Shown: positions 1 through 8,730, counted from the stretch's first letter. The stretch is 38,371 nucleotides of DNA from Solirubrobacteraceae bacterium (GCA_034664545.1 JAXDHK010000340.1:1-38371); one strand, 5' to 3'. Numbers and translations: made by a program. Notes: generated from the sequence alone by a model not told the origin.

Positions 1-1
1 C

Positions 2-163
2 GGCTTTCTCACCCGGATGGTCCAGGACGAGTCGCTCACCGGCTACGTCCTCGACGTCAGCGCCACCCGTGCCCAGGAGATCGCCGGAGAGGTCAGCGTC
101 GTGATGGTCCTCCAGCCGACGTTCAGCATCGAGTACGTCCGCGTCGTCATGAACCTCAAGTGA
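2..163 (+). CDS. contractile tail sheath protein, C-terminal fragment (5' end outside window)
   Basis: The frame is open from the window edge to TGA 161-163 (...VMVLQPTFSIEYVRVVMNLK*). Its QP-x-F/Y-x-x-E-Y/F-V/I-x-V tail resembles the C-terminus of the complete sheath at 24894-26879 (...GVQPVYPAEFIVVRIGI...). A tube-sized gene follows directly. Confidence 0.55.
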   Translation, partial: GFLTRMVQDESLTGYVLDVSATRAQEIAGEVSVVMVLQPTFSIEYVRVVMNLK

Positions 164-179
164 GGGTCCAGGAGGCCTG

Positions 180-680
180 ATGCCCAACAACGTGTTCAAA
201 GCCATCGACGCCGCCCTCGTGTTCGCCGTCGACGACGCCAGCTCACCCGAGGGTGCCGCCGCCGACAGCCTGATCTCCAACTACGACCTCGCCAACGTCG
301 TCGGCCGGCTCACCGACGTCACCGTCAATGTCACCAGTGCCATCCGGCCGTTCTTCGAGCTCGGCCAGCGCTACCCGACCCAGCTGCGGCCCGGGGTCGT
401 CCACGTCACCGGCACCGCCGGGCGCGCCCATGTGAACGGAGCGCTCCTACGCCTCCTGCTCGGTGACGGGGCCGCCAGCCCCCCCGGCGCGGCGAACTTC
501 GTCCAGCCGGCCCTGAACATAGTGACGACGCTCAAGGACCCGTCCTTTCCCGACAACCAGACCCGGGTCACCGTGTTCGGGGCCAAGTTCGCCTCCTGGA
601 CCTACCACATCCCGAGTGATGACTTCGTGATGGAGTCGGTCGCCTTCCAGGCGCTCCGTGTCTCCTTCGAAGAGAAGTGA
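180..680 (+). CDS. tail tube protein (cluster 1; not gp19-like, possibly XkdM/phage-tube type)
   Basis: 166-aa ORF with ATG 180 preceded by AGGAGG (170-175). It sits immediately after the sheath and before the chaperone. Size, position and beta-rich composition fit a tube protein. The family was not recognised by motif. Confidence 0.55.
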   Translation: MPNNVFKAIDAALVFAVDDASSPEGAAADSLISNYDLANVVGRLTDVTVNVTSAIRPFFELGQRYPTQLRPGVVHVTGTAGRAHVNGALLRLLLGDGAASPPGAANFVQPALNIVTTLKDPSFPDNQTRVTVFGAKFASWTYHIPSDDFVMESVAFQALRVSFEEK

Positions 681-683
681 TAC

Positions 684-1199
684 GTGCCGGTGTCCGCGTC
701 GGTGACCGAGGCCTCACTCTCGGCCCAGGATCTCCTGGGTCCGAGCACGCTGGTCCACGACATCCCGGTCCCCCCCGCGGTCCTCCGGCCGGGGCTTGAC
801 GTCGACCCCGGCTCACCAATCCGTCACGTCCGCCTCAGGCCGCTGACGGTGGCCACCCTCACCACCATCTCCCGGGCCGCCCGGGAGGACCCGAGCCTGG
901 TTCCGCTCCTCATGATCAAGGAGTCCCTGGTCGAGCCCGAGCTCGGACTCGACGGCGTCCGCCGGCTCCACGTCGGCCTCGTCCAGTTCCTCGTCAGCCG
1001 GATCAACCTGATCTCCGGCCTCACGGCTGACGGACAGGCCCTCGACGACGCCGTCGCCTCCCCCGCCGGCCAGATGCACGTCCTCCTCGCCCGCCATTTC
1101 GGCTGGACACCAGACCAGGTCGCCCAGCTCACCCCCGGGCAGGTGGCCGTCTACCTCGCCGGGGTCAGCCGCCTCCTCGACCTCGGCGCTGGCGCATGA
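684..1199 (+). CDS. tail assembly chaperone with fused C-terminal DUF6760-like segment
   Basis: GTG 684 lies 3 nt after the tube stop. The core (VRLRPLTVATL...LVQFLVSRINLISG) parallels the cluster-2 chaperone 27328-27711 (VMRLATAADE...LAHLQDLYNAIN). The C-terminal VLLARHFGWTPDQVAQLTPGQVAVYLAGVSRL aligns without gaps to AYLAYHLHWSHAELMHLDHRSRRGWVEQVSAL of the small ORF 27720-27848. Confidence 0.6.
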   Translation: MPVSASVTEASLSAQDLLGPSTLVHDIPVPPAVLRPGLDVDPGSPIRHVRLRPLTVATLTTISRAAREDPSLVPLLMIKESLVEPELGLDGVRRLHVGLVQFLVSRINLISGLTADGQALDDAVASPAGQMHVLLARHFGWTPDQVAQLTPGQVAVYLAGVSRLLDLGAGA

Positions 1200-2173
1200 T
1201 CGACGCCGTCGACCGCCTCGAGCGCACCGGTGCTCGTCTGCTCGGGCTCGAGGCGGATCTCCGCCCCCCGGTGATCGCCCCCGGCCCGGTGCTCGACGCC
1301 ACCCATCCATGGAGCCGACTCGCCCGGCTCGTCGACCTCGCGCTCGGCGACGCAGGCCCAGACGAGGACACCGACGCGATTGCGGTGGCCCGGACGAGGA
1401 GCCCGGCCGCCCACGTAGCCCTCGCCCCCATCTGGTCGCCCGCGGGCCAGGTCGGCCGGACGGCGTCACCCGGCTCCGACCCCCGCCTCCCGTCCTGGCC
1501 GCAGGCGTGGCGCGACGGGTCTCGAGCGGATGCCGAAGCCCGCGGGGACGCGGCTGACGGCTCGCCCGGCACCCGCCCACCTGACGCCCCGACCGCCACC
1601 GGGCCTCGGCTCGACCGCGCGCGCCCCAACGGATACGCCCCAGACCGCCGGCGCCCGCACGACTCGGCGTCCGGCCCCGGCCTCGGCCCCGGCCCCGGCT
1701 CAGGGATTCCCGGCCCCGCCTCCGACGCCGCCGGCCACTCCGACGCACTTCCGCCCGGCGCCGCCCCCCGCGTGCCCCCCGGTCCCATCGCCCCAGGCCC
1801 GACCCCGGACCTCTCTCCCCGACCCGGCTACGCGCCCGAGACCCCGCTGCGGCTCGAGCTCGCCCCGGACACGATCGCCCTCGCCGCCGCCCTCACCGCC
1901 CAGCTTAGGACGACCCCCGGACCCCGCCCGGGACTCACCCCCGACCTCGCCTCCAACCTTGGTCCCGCCACCGGCCCGGCGGCGGACATCGGAATTTCGC
2001 CCCCGACCGCGGCCCCGACCCCGGCCCCGACCGCCGGGCCGCCGTCGGCCCCTGGCTCACCCGCCCCGCTGACCCCCTCCGAGCGGATCCCCGACGACCT
2101 CATGGACCAACTGACCGCGGAGCTCGAGTTCGAGTTCCTCCGCCGGTACGGCCGGTCGGGCGGGGGGCGCTGA
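1196..2173 (+). CDS. Pro/Gly/Ala-rich low-complexity protein; tape-measure (tail length) candidate of cluster 1
   Basis: ATGA overlap with the chaperone stop (1196/1199) and high GC3. The 325-aa product is mostly disordered-looking. Its C-terminal IPDDLMDQLTAELEFEFLRRYG aligns with IP-RLVEEIVGELERRTRAQRERRG at the end of 27845-28552. Both genes sit between a chaperone and a tube-initiator gene. Confidence 0.45.
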   Translation: MIDAVDRLERTGARLLGLEADLRPPVIAPGPVLDATHPWSRLARLVDLALGDAGPDEDTDAIAVARTRSPAAHVALAPIWSPAGQVGRTASPGSDPRLPSWPQAWRDGSRADAEARGDAADGSPGTRPPDAPTATGPRLDRARPNGYAPDRRRPHDSASGPGLGPGPGSGIPGPASDAAGHSDALPPGAAPRVPPGPIAPGPTPDLSPRPGYAPETPLRLELAPDTIALAAALTAQLRTTPGPRPGLTPDLASNLGPATGPAADIGISPPTAAPTPAPTAGPPSAPGSPAPLTPSERIPDDLMDQLTAELEFEFLRRYGRSGGGR

Positions 2174-2175
2174 CC

Positions 2176-2778
2176 ATGCCCGTCGAGCTCGCCGGCATCA
2201 CCCTCGCCCACCTCACCCATATCGCCACGACCGAGGGCGCCCGGATCGTCCGCCATGCCGTCCCCGGCGCGACGGGAGATCTTCAGCAGTCGCTCGGCCG
2301 GCCATCCGTCGAGGTCGACCTCCAGGGCATCTTCTACGGCCCCGACGCCCCGGCCGAGCTCGACAAGCTCCGGAGCGCCCACACGGCGACCGACCCCGTC
2401 GACTTCTTCGTCCACGCCGTCGACGACACCGACAAGATCCAGACCCTCCACTTCACCCGGGTCCTGATCACCGACCTCCGGGTCGAGCAGAGCGCCGGCG
2501 CCCCGAGCGAATTCGGCTTCGCCTGCCGCGTCGTCGAGTACGTCAAGCCCCCGGCCCCGGCCACCGCGAGCCCGCTCGGCGCCATCGACACCAGCCTGGT
2601 CGACGCCGCCGCCGGGGCCGTCGACGGCGTCCAGGACGCACTCGCCGAGGTCGCCGGCCTCACCGCCCTGCTCGGCGGCACATCCTTCGGAAACCCGGTC
2701 GAGAAGCTCTCGGGCCTGGTCACGCCGTTCGCCGAGGCCGCCGGCAGCGCGGTCACCGCCCTGGCGAAGCTGGCGTAG
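2176..2778 (+). CDS. tube-initiator / baseplate hub-proximal protein (Mu gp43 N-terminal-like), no LysM
   Basis: ATG 2176 lies 2 nt after the preceding stop; 200 aa. The segment GARIVRHAVPGATGDLQQSLGRPSVEVDLQGIFYG...LDKLRSA resembles the N-terminal domain of DNA-circulation/tube-initiator proteins. It occupies the slot that the LysM protein holds in cluster 2. Confidence 0.4.
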   Translation: MPVELAGITLAHLTHIATTEGARIVRHAVPGATGDLQQSLGRPSVEVDLQGIFYGPDAPAELDKLRSAHTATDPVDFFVHAVDDTDKIQTLHFTRVLITDLRVEQSAGAPSEFGFACRVVEYVKPPAPATASPLGAIDTSLVDAAAGAVDGVQDALAEVAGLTALLGGTSFGNPVEKLSGLVTPFAEAAGSAVTALAKLA

Positions 2779-2898
2779 CCGGGGCATCCGTGGTCGATCG
2801 CTCGACACCGTCTCCGATCGAGACCCCCCCAGGACACGGCGCCGGGGCCGATCCCCCCGAGACCGCTCCCCCTGGAAAGCACGCCTAGGCAGGCAGAC

Positions 2899-5800
2899 AT
2901 GGCCGACCCCGCCGACCCCGCCCCCCCCGATCCGCCGTCTCCGGCGGCCGGGTCCCCGCTGAGCACCCCCCCACCGAGCACGGCGGGCATCACCGCGGTC
3001 CAGGGCCAGGCGACCGGGGCGATCGGCGAGGTGACCGGCAAGCTCGCCACGCTCGATCCCAGCCATCCGGACTCCCCCCTCGCCGGCGTCGGCAAGGCGA
3101 TCTCCGCCGTCGACGAGGCCGCCGCCAAGGTCGACGTCACCGGGCTCTCCGACCAGCTTCCGGCCGCCCTCGGGCGCCTCAACGCCGCGATTCCTCCGTC
3201 CGCGCTCGACGCCGTCGGCAGCCTCGACAAGTCCTACGACCGGGCCCACACCCTCCTGACCGGCGGCCCGCTCTCCAAGCTGACCTTCGGGCGCAAGCTC
3301 CAGGACGTCGCCCAGGAGGTGATCGGCGACGCCATCAGCGCCTTCGAGCAGGAGCTCGACCGGCTCGCCGCCGAGGTCTTCGATCCCGAGACCCTCGCCC
3401 TGATCAAGGAGGGACTCAAGGACCTCGTCCTCTTCGCCCAGGACTTCGCCGCCAACAGCAAGAACTTCCTCGCGTTCCTCTCGCGGAACCTCATCGGAGT
3501 CGCCGACGACCTCCTGGCCGAGGTGAGCTCCGAACTGGCCAAGATCCTTGCCGGGCTCGGCCCGATCGCCGCCGACGCCCTCACGGTCATCGACACCCTC
3601 GAACACGCCGCCGCCGACGCGCTGGCCGAGTTGACTCGCGCCATCGACGCGCTCGAGCGGGCCGGCGCCGCCGCCGAGGCCCAGGCCTACGCCGACCTCC
3701 TCAAGGCGCTCGACGATCTCGAGAGGTCGGCCGAGACCCTGATCGCCCGGGTCACCGACATCCTCGACCGGCTGGCCACCGCGCTCGACGGGCTCGACCT
3801 CAGCCAGGTCATGGTCGAGTACGCCGCCCTGCTCCGAGCGGTCGACATCGGCGAGATCCCGACGATCGACGATGCCGTCGAGGCGCTCGCCGGGCTCCTC
3901 GACGGACTCGCGGCCCGGGCTGTCGTCGTCGCCGCCGGCGACGAGCTCCCCGCCCAGGTCGAGCTCCTCGTCCGGACCATCGACGACACCGTGGCCACCG
4001 CCGGGCTCCATGCCGCCCGCGACACCGTCCACGCCGCCTTCGTCGAGGTCCAGGGGGCGATCGCCCAGATTCCGACCGAGGAGATCCAGAAGGGGATCGA
4101 CGCCATGCTCGGGGCGGTCGCGGCCGAGATCCAGTCCCTCCACCTCGATCAGGTCACCCAGCAGATCAAGGACGGCCTGGCCGAGGTGGCCAAGGAGGTC
4201 GACACCGCCACCTCCGGTCTCGCCGACACGGTCTCCGCGGAGGTCGAGCAACTCGTCGCCGGCATCGCCGACCTCGACCTCGGGAGCGTCACCGACGAGA
4301 TCCTCCGGGTGATCAAGGAGGCCGGCGACCTCATCGGGGAGCTCGAGACCCTCGCCAAGGACAACGTCGGCGTCCTCACCGACGCCCTGGCCGAGTTCGA
4401 CAAGATCAGCTTCAAGCCTCTCGCCGACGAGGCCATCGGCGAGATCGACGACATTCGCAAGCGCCTCGAGAAGATCGATCCCTCCGCGCTCTCGGCCCCC
4501 GAGCGGCTGGCCATCGCCGCGGCGCTGACCGTGCTCGAGGCGATCGACGTCGAGGGCCACGTCATCACCACGCTCGAGGGCATCTTCGATCAGGCCCGGA
4601 TGCCCCTCGACCAGGCCATCGATCTCGTCGCCATGCCCCTCGAGACCCTCGGCCGGTTCATCGGCGAGCTCGATCCGGCCAAGCTCGTCGGCCCGGTCGA
4701 CGACCTCCTGGTTGGCCTCGAGAAGGAGATAGACAAGCTCGACGCCGAGGTTCTCCTCCGGCCGCTCCGAGCCGAGGTCGACAAGCTCCTCGCCCGTCTC
4801 GGCGACCTCAACCCCGGGGCGCTCGTCAAGCCGCTCGAGGCGCCCTACCACGACCTCGTCGACTCGGTCGGAAGGCTCGACCCGACGGTCTGGGTCGCGC
4901 CCCTCAAGGGCCTCTACACCAAGATCGACGAGGTCATCGGGAAGCTCGACATCACCCCGCTGTTCGATGAGCTCGACAAGCTCAGGCGCGAGCTACTGAC
5001 CAAGGCGAGCGGCGCCGTCATCGCCGGCCTGAAGGGGCTCGACCTCCCGGCCCCGGTGACCGCGCTCCTGACCGAGGTCACCACGACCGTCGACGCCATC
5101 GGCGTCGCCCTCTTCGACGACCCCGAGAAGCTCGCCGGAGCCATCCCCCCCACGATCGACCTGACGACTCCGCTCATGCTCCTCGACGCCCCGTTCGACG
5201 AGCTCGTCGCCCTGGTCGGCAAGGTCCCGGCCAAGGACCTGACCGAGGCGGCGAACGCCCTCCGCCAGACGTTCGGCCCCGGACTCGCCGCCCTCGACCC
5301 GCGCGCGCTCGTCGCCGAGCTCCGGGCCGGGGCCGAGCGCCTCGACGCCCTCGACCCGGCGGTGCTCCTCCCCGGGACCGCCGCCGCCCTGCCCGCCCTT
5401 CGGGCTCGGCTCGCAGCGGCGGTCAAGGCAGCGCCCCCGGGGCGAGCGGCCGACGCCGCGGCCGTCGGGGCCCGCCTCGACCGGATCCTCCAGACGCTCG
5501 ACGCCCATCTCCCCCAGAGCGACCTCGCCAAGCTCGCCGCCGCCCACCTCCGGGTGTCGGACGTGCTCGGCCGGGCTCTCGACACGCTCGATCCGGCGGT
5601 GGCCGTCCCGCCCTACCTCGACCTCCGGCGCGATCTCGCCCGGATCGTCCCGCCGTTCCTCGCCCAGCACGACCCGCTCACCCGCGACGACGTCGTCAAG
5701 GGCCTCGCCGCCCTCCGCCCGTCGGCCCACGCCCCGCGGCTGAAGACGTCGCTCGCGGGCTTCCGGGCCGGAGTCGCACCCCTCCAGGCGCGGATCGCCG

Positions 5801-6369
5801 TCGGGTTCGACGCGCTCCTCGCCGCGATCCGCCGGGCCCTCACCCTCGTCGATCCACTCGTGTTCAAGGCTGACGTCGCCGCCGTGTACGCAGAGGTCCG
5901 GGCGAAGGTGAGGGTGATCGATCCCGACCAGCTGGCCAAGGACGGAGGGGCCGTCCTCACCGCCGTCCAGGACCAGCTCAAGGCGATCGATCCGGCCGCG
6001 ATCGGCGCCGCCCTCGACGCCACCTACCACGAGGTCGCGGACGCGGTCAAGCAGGCGATCGACGGGGTCCTCGACGCGATCGCCTCCGCCATCGACCTCG
6101 AGGTGACCAAGGTCCGCGACGCGCTCAAGGGGATCGTCACCGCGTTCCACCAGGCGCTCGACGACGCGGTCGCCGAGGCCGGGAGCCTCACCAAGGATCT
6201 CGAGAGCCTCGTCCTCGTGGCCATCGTCGACCGGCTCAAGCACTTCACCGAGAACCTCGCCAAGAGCCTCGACATCGAGCTCCAGCGGGTCCGCAAGGCG
6301 TTCGATTCGATGCTCGACGCCATCCCCCTCGAGAAGGACAAGGCCAGTGCTCCGGCCCTCGCCGCCTGA
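2899..6369 (+). CDS. large (1156 aa) Ala/Leu/Asp-rich helical repeat protein, unknown function (cargo/adaptor or alternative tape measure)
   Basis: Long ORF with high GC3, preceded by a 120-nt gap. It has a Pro-rich N-terminus followed by helix-type composition. At least 14 degenerate h-D/N-P-x-x-h motifs occur (for example LDPAKLVGP, LNPGALVKP, LDPTVWVAP, LDPRALVAE, IDPDQLAKD, IDPAAIGAA). Confidence 0.6.
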   Translation: MADPADPAPPDPPSPAAGSPLSTPPPSTAGITAVQGQATGAIGEVTGKLATLDPSHPDSPLAGVGKAISAVDEAAAKVDVTGLSDQLPAALGRLNAAIPPSALDAVGSLDKSYDRAHTLLTGGPLSKLTFGRKLQDVAQEVIGDAISAFEQELDRLAAEVFDPETLALIKEGLKDLVLFAQDFAANSKNFLAFLSRNLIGVADDLLAEVSSELAKILAGLGPIAADALTVIDTLEHAAADALAELTRAIDALERAGAAAEAQAYADLLKALDDLERSAETLIARVTDILDRLATALDGLDLSQVMVEYAALLRAVDIGEIPTIDDAVEALAGLLDGLAARAVVVAAGDELPAQVELLVRTIDDTVATAGLHAARDTVHAAFVEVQGAIAQIPTEEIQKGIDAMLGAVAAEIQSLHLDQVTQQIKDGLAEVAKEVDTATSGLADTVSAEVEQLVAGIADLDLGSVTDEILRVIKEAGDLIGELETLAKDNVGVLTDALAEFDKISFKPLADEAIGEIDDIRKRLEKIDPSALSAPERLAIAAALTVLEAIDVEGHVITTLEGIFDQARMPLDQAIDLVAMPLETLGRFIGELDPAKLVGPVDDLLVGLEKEIDKLDAEVLLRPLRAEVDKLLARLGDLNPGALVKPLEAPYHDLVDSVGRLDPTVWVAPLKGLYTKIDEVIGKLDITPLFDELDKLRRELLTKASGAVIAGLKGLDLPAPVTALLTEVTTTVDAIGVALFDDPEKLAGAIPPTIDLTTPLMLLDAPFDELVALVGKVPAKDLTEAANALRQTFGPGLAALDPRALVAELRAGAERLDALDPAVLLPGTAAALPALRARLAAAVKAAPPGRAADAAAVGARLDRILQTLDAHLPQSDLAKLAAAHLRVSDVLGRALDTLDPAVAVPPYLDLRRDLARIVPPFLAQHDPLTRDDVVKGLAALRPSAHAPRLKTSLAGFRAGVAPLQARIAVGFDALLAAIRRALTLVDPLVFKADVAAVYAEVRAKVRVIDPDQLAKDGGAVLTAVQDQLKAIDPAAIGAALDATYHEVADAVKQAIDGVLDAIASAIDLEVTKVRDALKGIVTAFHQALDDAVAEAGSLTKDLESLVLVAIVDRLKHFTENLAKSLDIELQRVRKAFDSMLDAIPLEKDKASAPALAA

Positions 6370-8728
6370 GCTCCCCCGACCCGAGGCCTCACCCGCCCCG
6401 AACGCCGCCGCCCAGGGGCGACTCGTCGCCTGGCTGGCCGACGATCGGGCCCAGCGGACGATCGCCATGCCCGCCGGCGACGTCACCGTCGTCTCGGAGC
6501 GGGGCGGCGGAAGCTCGGAGTACCGCTACGACCCCCGGGGGGACCTGGCGGAGCTGGTCGAGCCCGACGGGGGGCGGGTCGGCTTCGAGTACGACGACCG
6601 GCGTCGCCTCGGGGCCGTGGTCCGCCGGGGGGTCCGGACCGTTTTCAGCTATGACGACCACGACCGGTTGGCCGGGGTCGACGACGGCGCCGAGACCGGC
6701 GTCCGCCGCTTCCACCGGGACGCCGACGGGCGCCTGGTCGTCGTCCGCCAGGCCGACGGCACGACCCTGGCCTTCGTCTACGACGAGGCCGGCCGAGTCC
6801 GGGAGGGGCGGACCCCGACCGTGGCGACCGTCCACGACTACGACGACGTCGGGCGAATCACCGGGGTTCGCCAGACGCTCGACGGGGTGACGCTCGAGCT
6901 CCGACTCGACTTCGCCGTGGACGGCAGGCTGGCCGCGATGCGCGTGCCCGGGGCGAGCGTCCGCTACGCCTGGGACGAACGCGGGCGCCCGGCCTCGATC
7001 GGGCTCGGCGGCGACGCCGCGACGGCGCCCCTGGCCCGGTTCGCCTACGACGAGACCCGGCGGGAGACGGCGGTCACCCTCGCGAACGGGCTCGTCGAGC
7101 GGACCTGGGCCGACCCGGTCGACGGGCGCCTGCTCGAACGCCAGCTTCGGCGGGGCGACGGGCTCGTGCTTGGACGCCGGCACCGCCATGATCCGGCCGG
7201 TCGGATCATCGGGGACGGGACCCGGCGGTACGGCTACGACGACCTCGGGCGCCTGACCCGGGTCGAGGATGACCGAACCCGCGAGGTCTGGCGGTACGGC
7301 TACGACGCCCGGGACAACCGCGTCGAGACGACGGGACCCGAAACGGCCGGGGCGCGGTGCGAACACGACGAGGACGAGCTCCTGATGGTCCGAGCCGACG
7401 CGGGCGACACGCCCTACGAGCACGACTCCGCCGGCCGGCGGACCCACGCCGGCGCCGCCGACGGGGCGCGCACCTACCGCTACGACGCGGCCGGCGAGCT
7501 GCGTGAGGTTCTCCGAGACGGCGCTCTCGTGGCCCACCTGAGCTACGACCACAAGGGGCGGCTCGCCGCCGTCCGCCGGGCGGCACCCGTCACCGGGGCC
7601 GGGTCCCCGGAGGCCTACGGGCCCGCGGCGAGGACCGAGCGCTACCTCTACGGGCCCGACGACGAGCTCGTCGCGGTCACCGACGGGGCCGGGAGCCCGC
7701 TGCGCGTGATCGTCCGGACTCCACTCGGACCGATAGCCGAGATCCGGGACCCCGGCGGCCCCGACCAGGCCATCACGTTCCTCCACCTCGACCACCAGGG
7801 GACCTCCCACCTGGTCACCGACGAGACCGGCGGGGTGGCCGGGGAGTGGCGGTTCTGCCCGTTCGGGACCCCGTCCGGGGCGGGCCGGACCCGCCCCCGA
7901 TTCGCCGGTCGCGACTGGCACGCCGACCTCGGTCTCTACCGGTTCGGGGCGCGGTGGTATGACCCGGTGACGGGCCGCTTCCTCACGCCCGACTCGTTCA
8001 CCGGGGCCCCCGACGACGAGCGCCTGGTCCACCCGCTCGTCCCCGGGTCGGTCCAGCCCCTCGCCCGGGCCGAGCTCCTCGGAGGATGGCTCCAGCGGCC
8101 GCGGATCCGCAACCGGTACGCGTTCTGCGCCAACGACCCGGTCAACCGGATCGACCCCAACGGCCACTGGTCGTTCGGAGCGGCGCTGATGACCCTGCTC
8201 GGCGCGGTCTGGGCGCTCCCGAACACGATCTTCGGCCTCCTGCTCGAGATCACGTGCCTGATCGGCGAGGTCGTCCGGTGGGTGGTCTCGGCGCTCTCGA
8301 GCGGCGAGACCGACTGGGAATCGCCGGAATTCGGGGCGGCGGCCTCGAAGCGGCTGAACGCGTTCGGGCTCGTGTTCTCCGGGGGGTGGCTCGGGTCGTT
8401 CGCCAGCGTCCCGGCGCTCACCTTCGGGAACGTGTTCTTCGTCTACAAGAAGTGGGAGTCGCTGCCTGAGTTCAGCGCCCCGGGCGAGGTCCACCCGGCT
8501 GCCTACGGGGGGAAGGTGGCGATCCCGCGCCACGACACCCTCTACGAGCACGAGCTGTTCCACACCAAGCAGCAGGGTCGGTTCGGGCCGTTCTTCCACC
8601 TCGGGCTCCCCCTGTTCGGGGTCTACGAGTGGGACCTGCTGCTCAACGGACGGGCCGGGAGCGTGCTCGAGCAGGAGGCCCGCGACCACTCGGGGCGGCC
8701 GGCCCCGGCCGCGCCGGCGGGGGGCTGA
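6347..8728 (+). CDS. RHS/YD-repeat toxin with C-terminal HExxH (zincin-like) domain
   Basis: It has many YD repeats (YRYDPRGDL, FEYDDRRRL, FSYDDHDRL, YGYDDLGRL, YRYDAAGEL). It also has the RHS core end motif GLYRFGARWYDPVTGRFLTPDSF...NDPVNRIDPNGHW. A roughly 185-aa tail follows with hydrophobic segments and YEHELFHTKQQ. The GTG 6347 start overlaps the upstream ORF by 23 nt; in-frame ATG 6467 is an alternative start. Confidence 0.85.
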   Translation: MLRPSPPELPRPEASPAPNAAAQGRLVAWLADDRAQRTIAMPAGDVTVVSERGGGSSEYRYDPRGDLAELVEPDGGRVGFEYDDRRRLGAVVRRGVRTVFSYDDHDRLAGVDDGAETGVRRFHRDADGRLVVVRQADGTTLAFVYDEAGRVREGRTPTVATVHDYDDVGRITGVRQTLDGVTLELRLDFAVDGRLAAMRVPGASVRYAWDERGRPASIGLGGDAATAPLARFAYDETRRETAVTLANGLVERTWADPVDGRLLERQLRRGDGLVLGRRHRHDPAGRIIGDGTRRYGYDDLGRLTRVEDDRTREVWRYGYDARDNRVETTGPETAGARCEHDEDELLMVRADAGDTPYEHDSAGRRTHAGAADGARTYRYDAAGELREVLRDGALVAHLSYDHKGRLAAVRRAAPVTGAGSPEAYGPAARTERYLYGPDDELVAVTDGAGSPLRVIVRTPLGPIAEIRDPGGPDQAITFLHLDHQGTSHLVTDETGGVAGEWRFCPFGTPSGAGRTRPRFAGRDWHADLGLYRFGARWYDPVTGRFLTPDSFTGAPDDERLVHPLVPGSVQPLARAELLGGWLQRPRIRNRYAFCANDPVNRIDPNGHWSFGAALMTLLGAVWALPNTIFGLLLEITCLIGEVVRWVVSALSSGETDWESPEFGAAASKRLNAFGLVFSGGWLGSFASVPALTFGNVFFVYKKWESLPEFSAPGEVHPAAYGGKVAIPRHDTLYEHELFHTKQQGRFGPFFHLGLPLFGVYEWDLLLNGRAGSVLEQEARDHSGRPAPAAPAGG

Positions 8729-8730
8729 CC

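Noticed and set aside
1660-1720. GGCCCCGG-type near-tandem DNA repeats encoding GPGLGPGPGSG, considered as a phase-variable microsatellite
   Set aside because: The repeat units are imperfect and in-frame. They are simply the nucleotide image of a Pro/Gly low-complexity coding segment.
2794-2821. Inverted repeat TCGATCG ... CGATCGA (7-bp stem, 14-nt loop) in the 120-nt gap before the 1156-aa gene
   Set aside because: The stem is short, the loop is large, there is no T-tract, and it is built from a self-complementary CGATCG core that is frequent in this DNA. That is not enough to call a terminator or attenuator.
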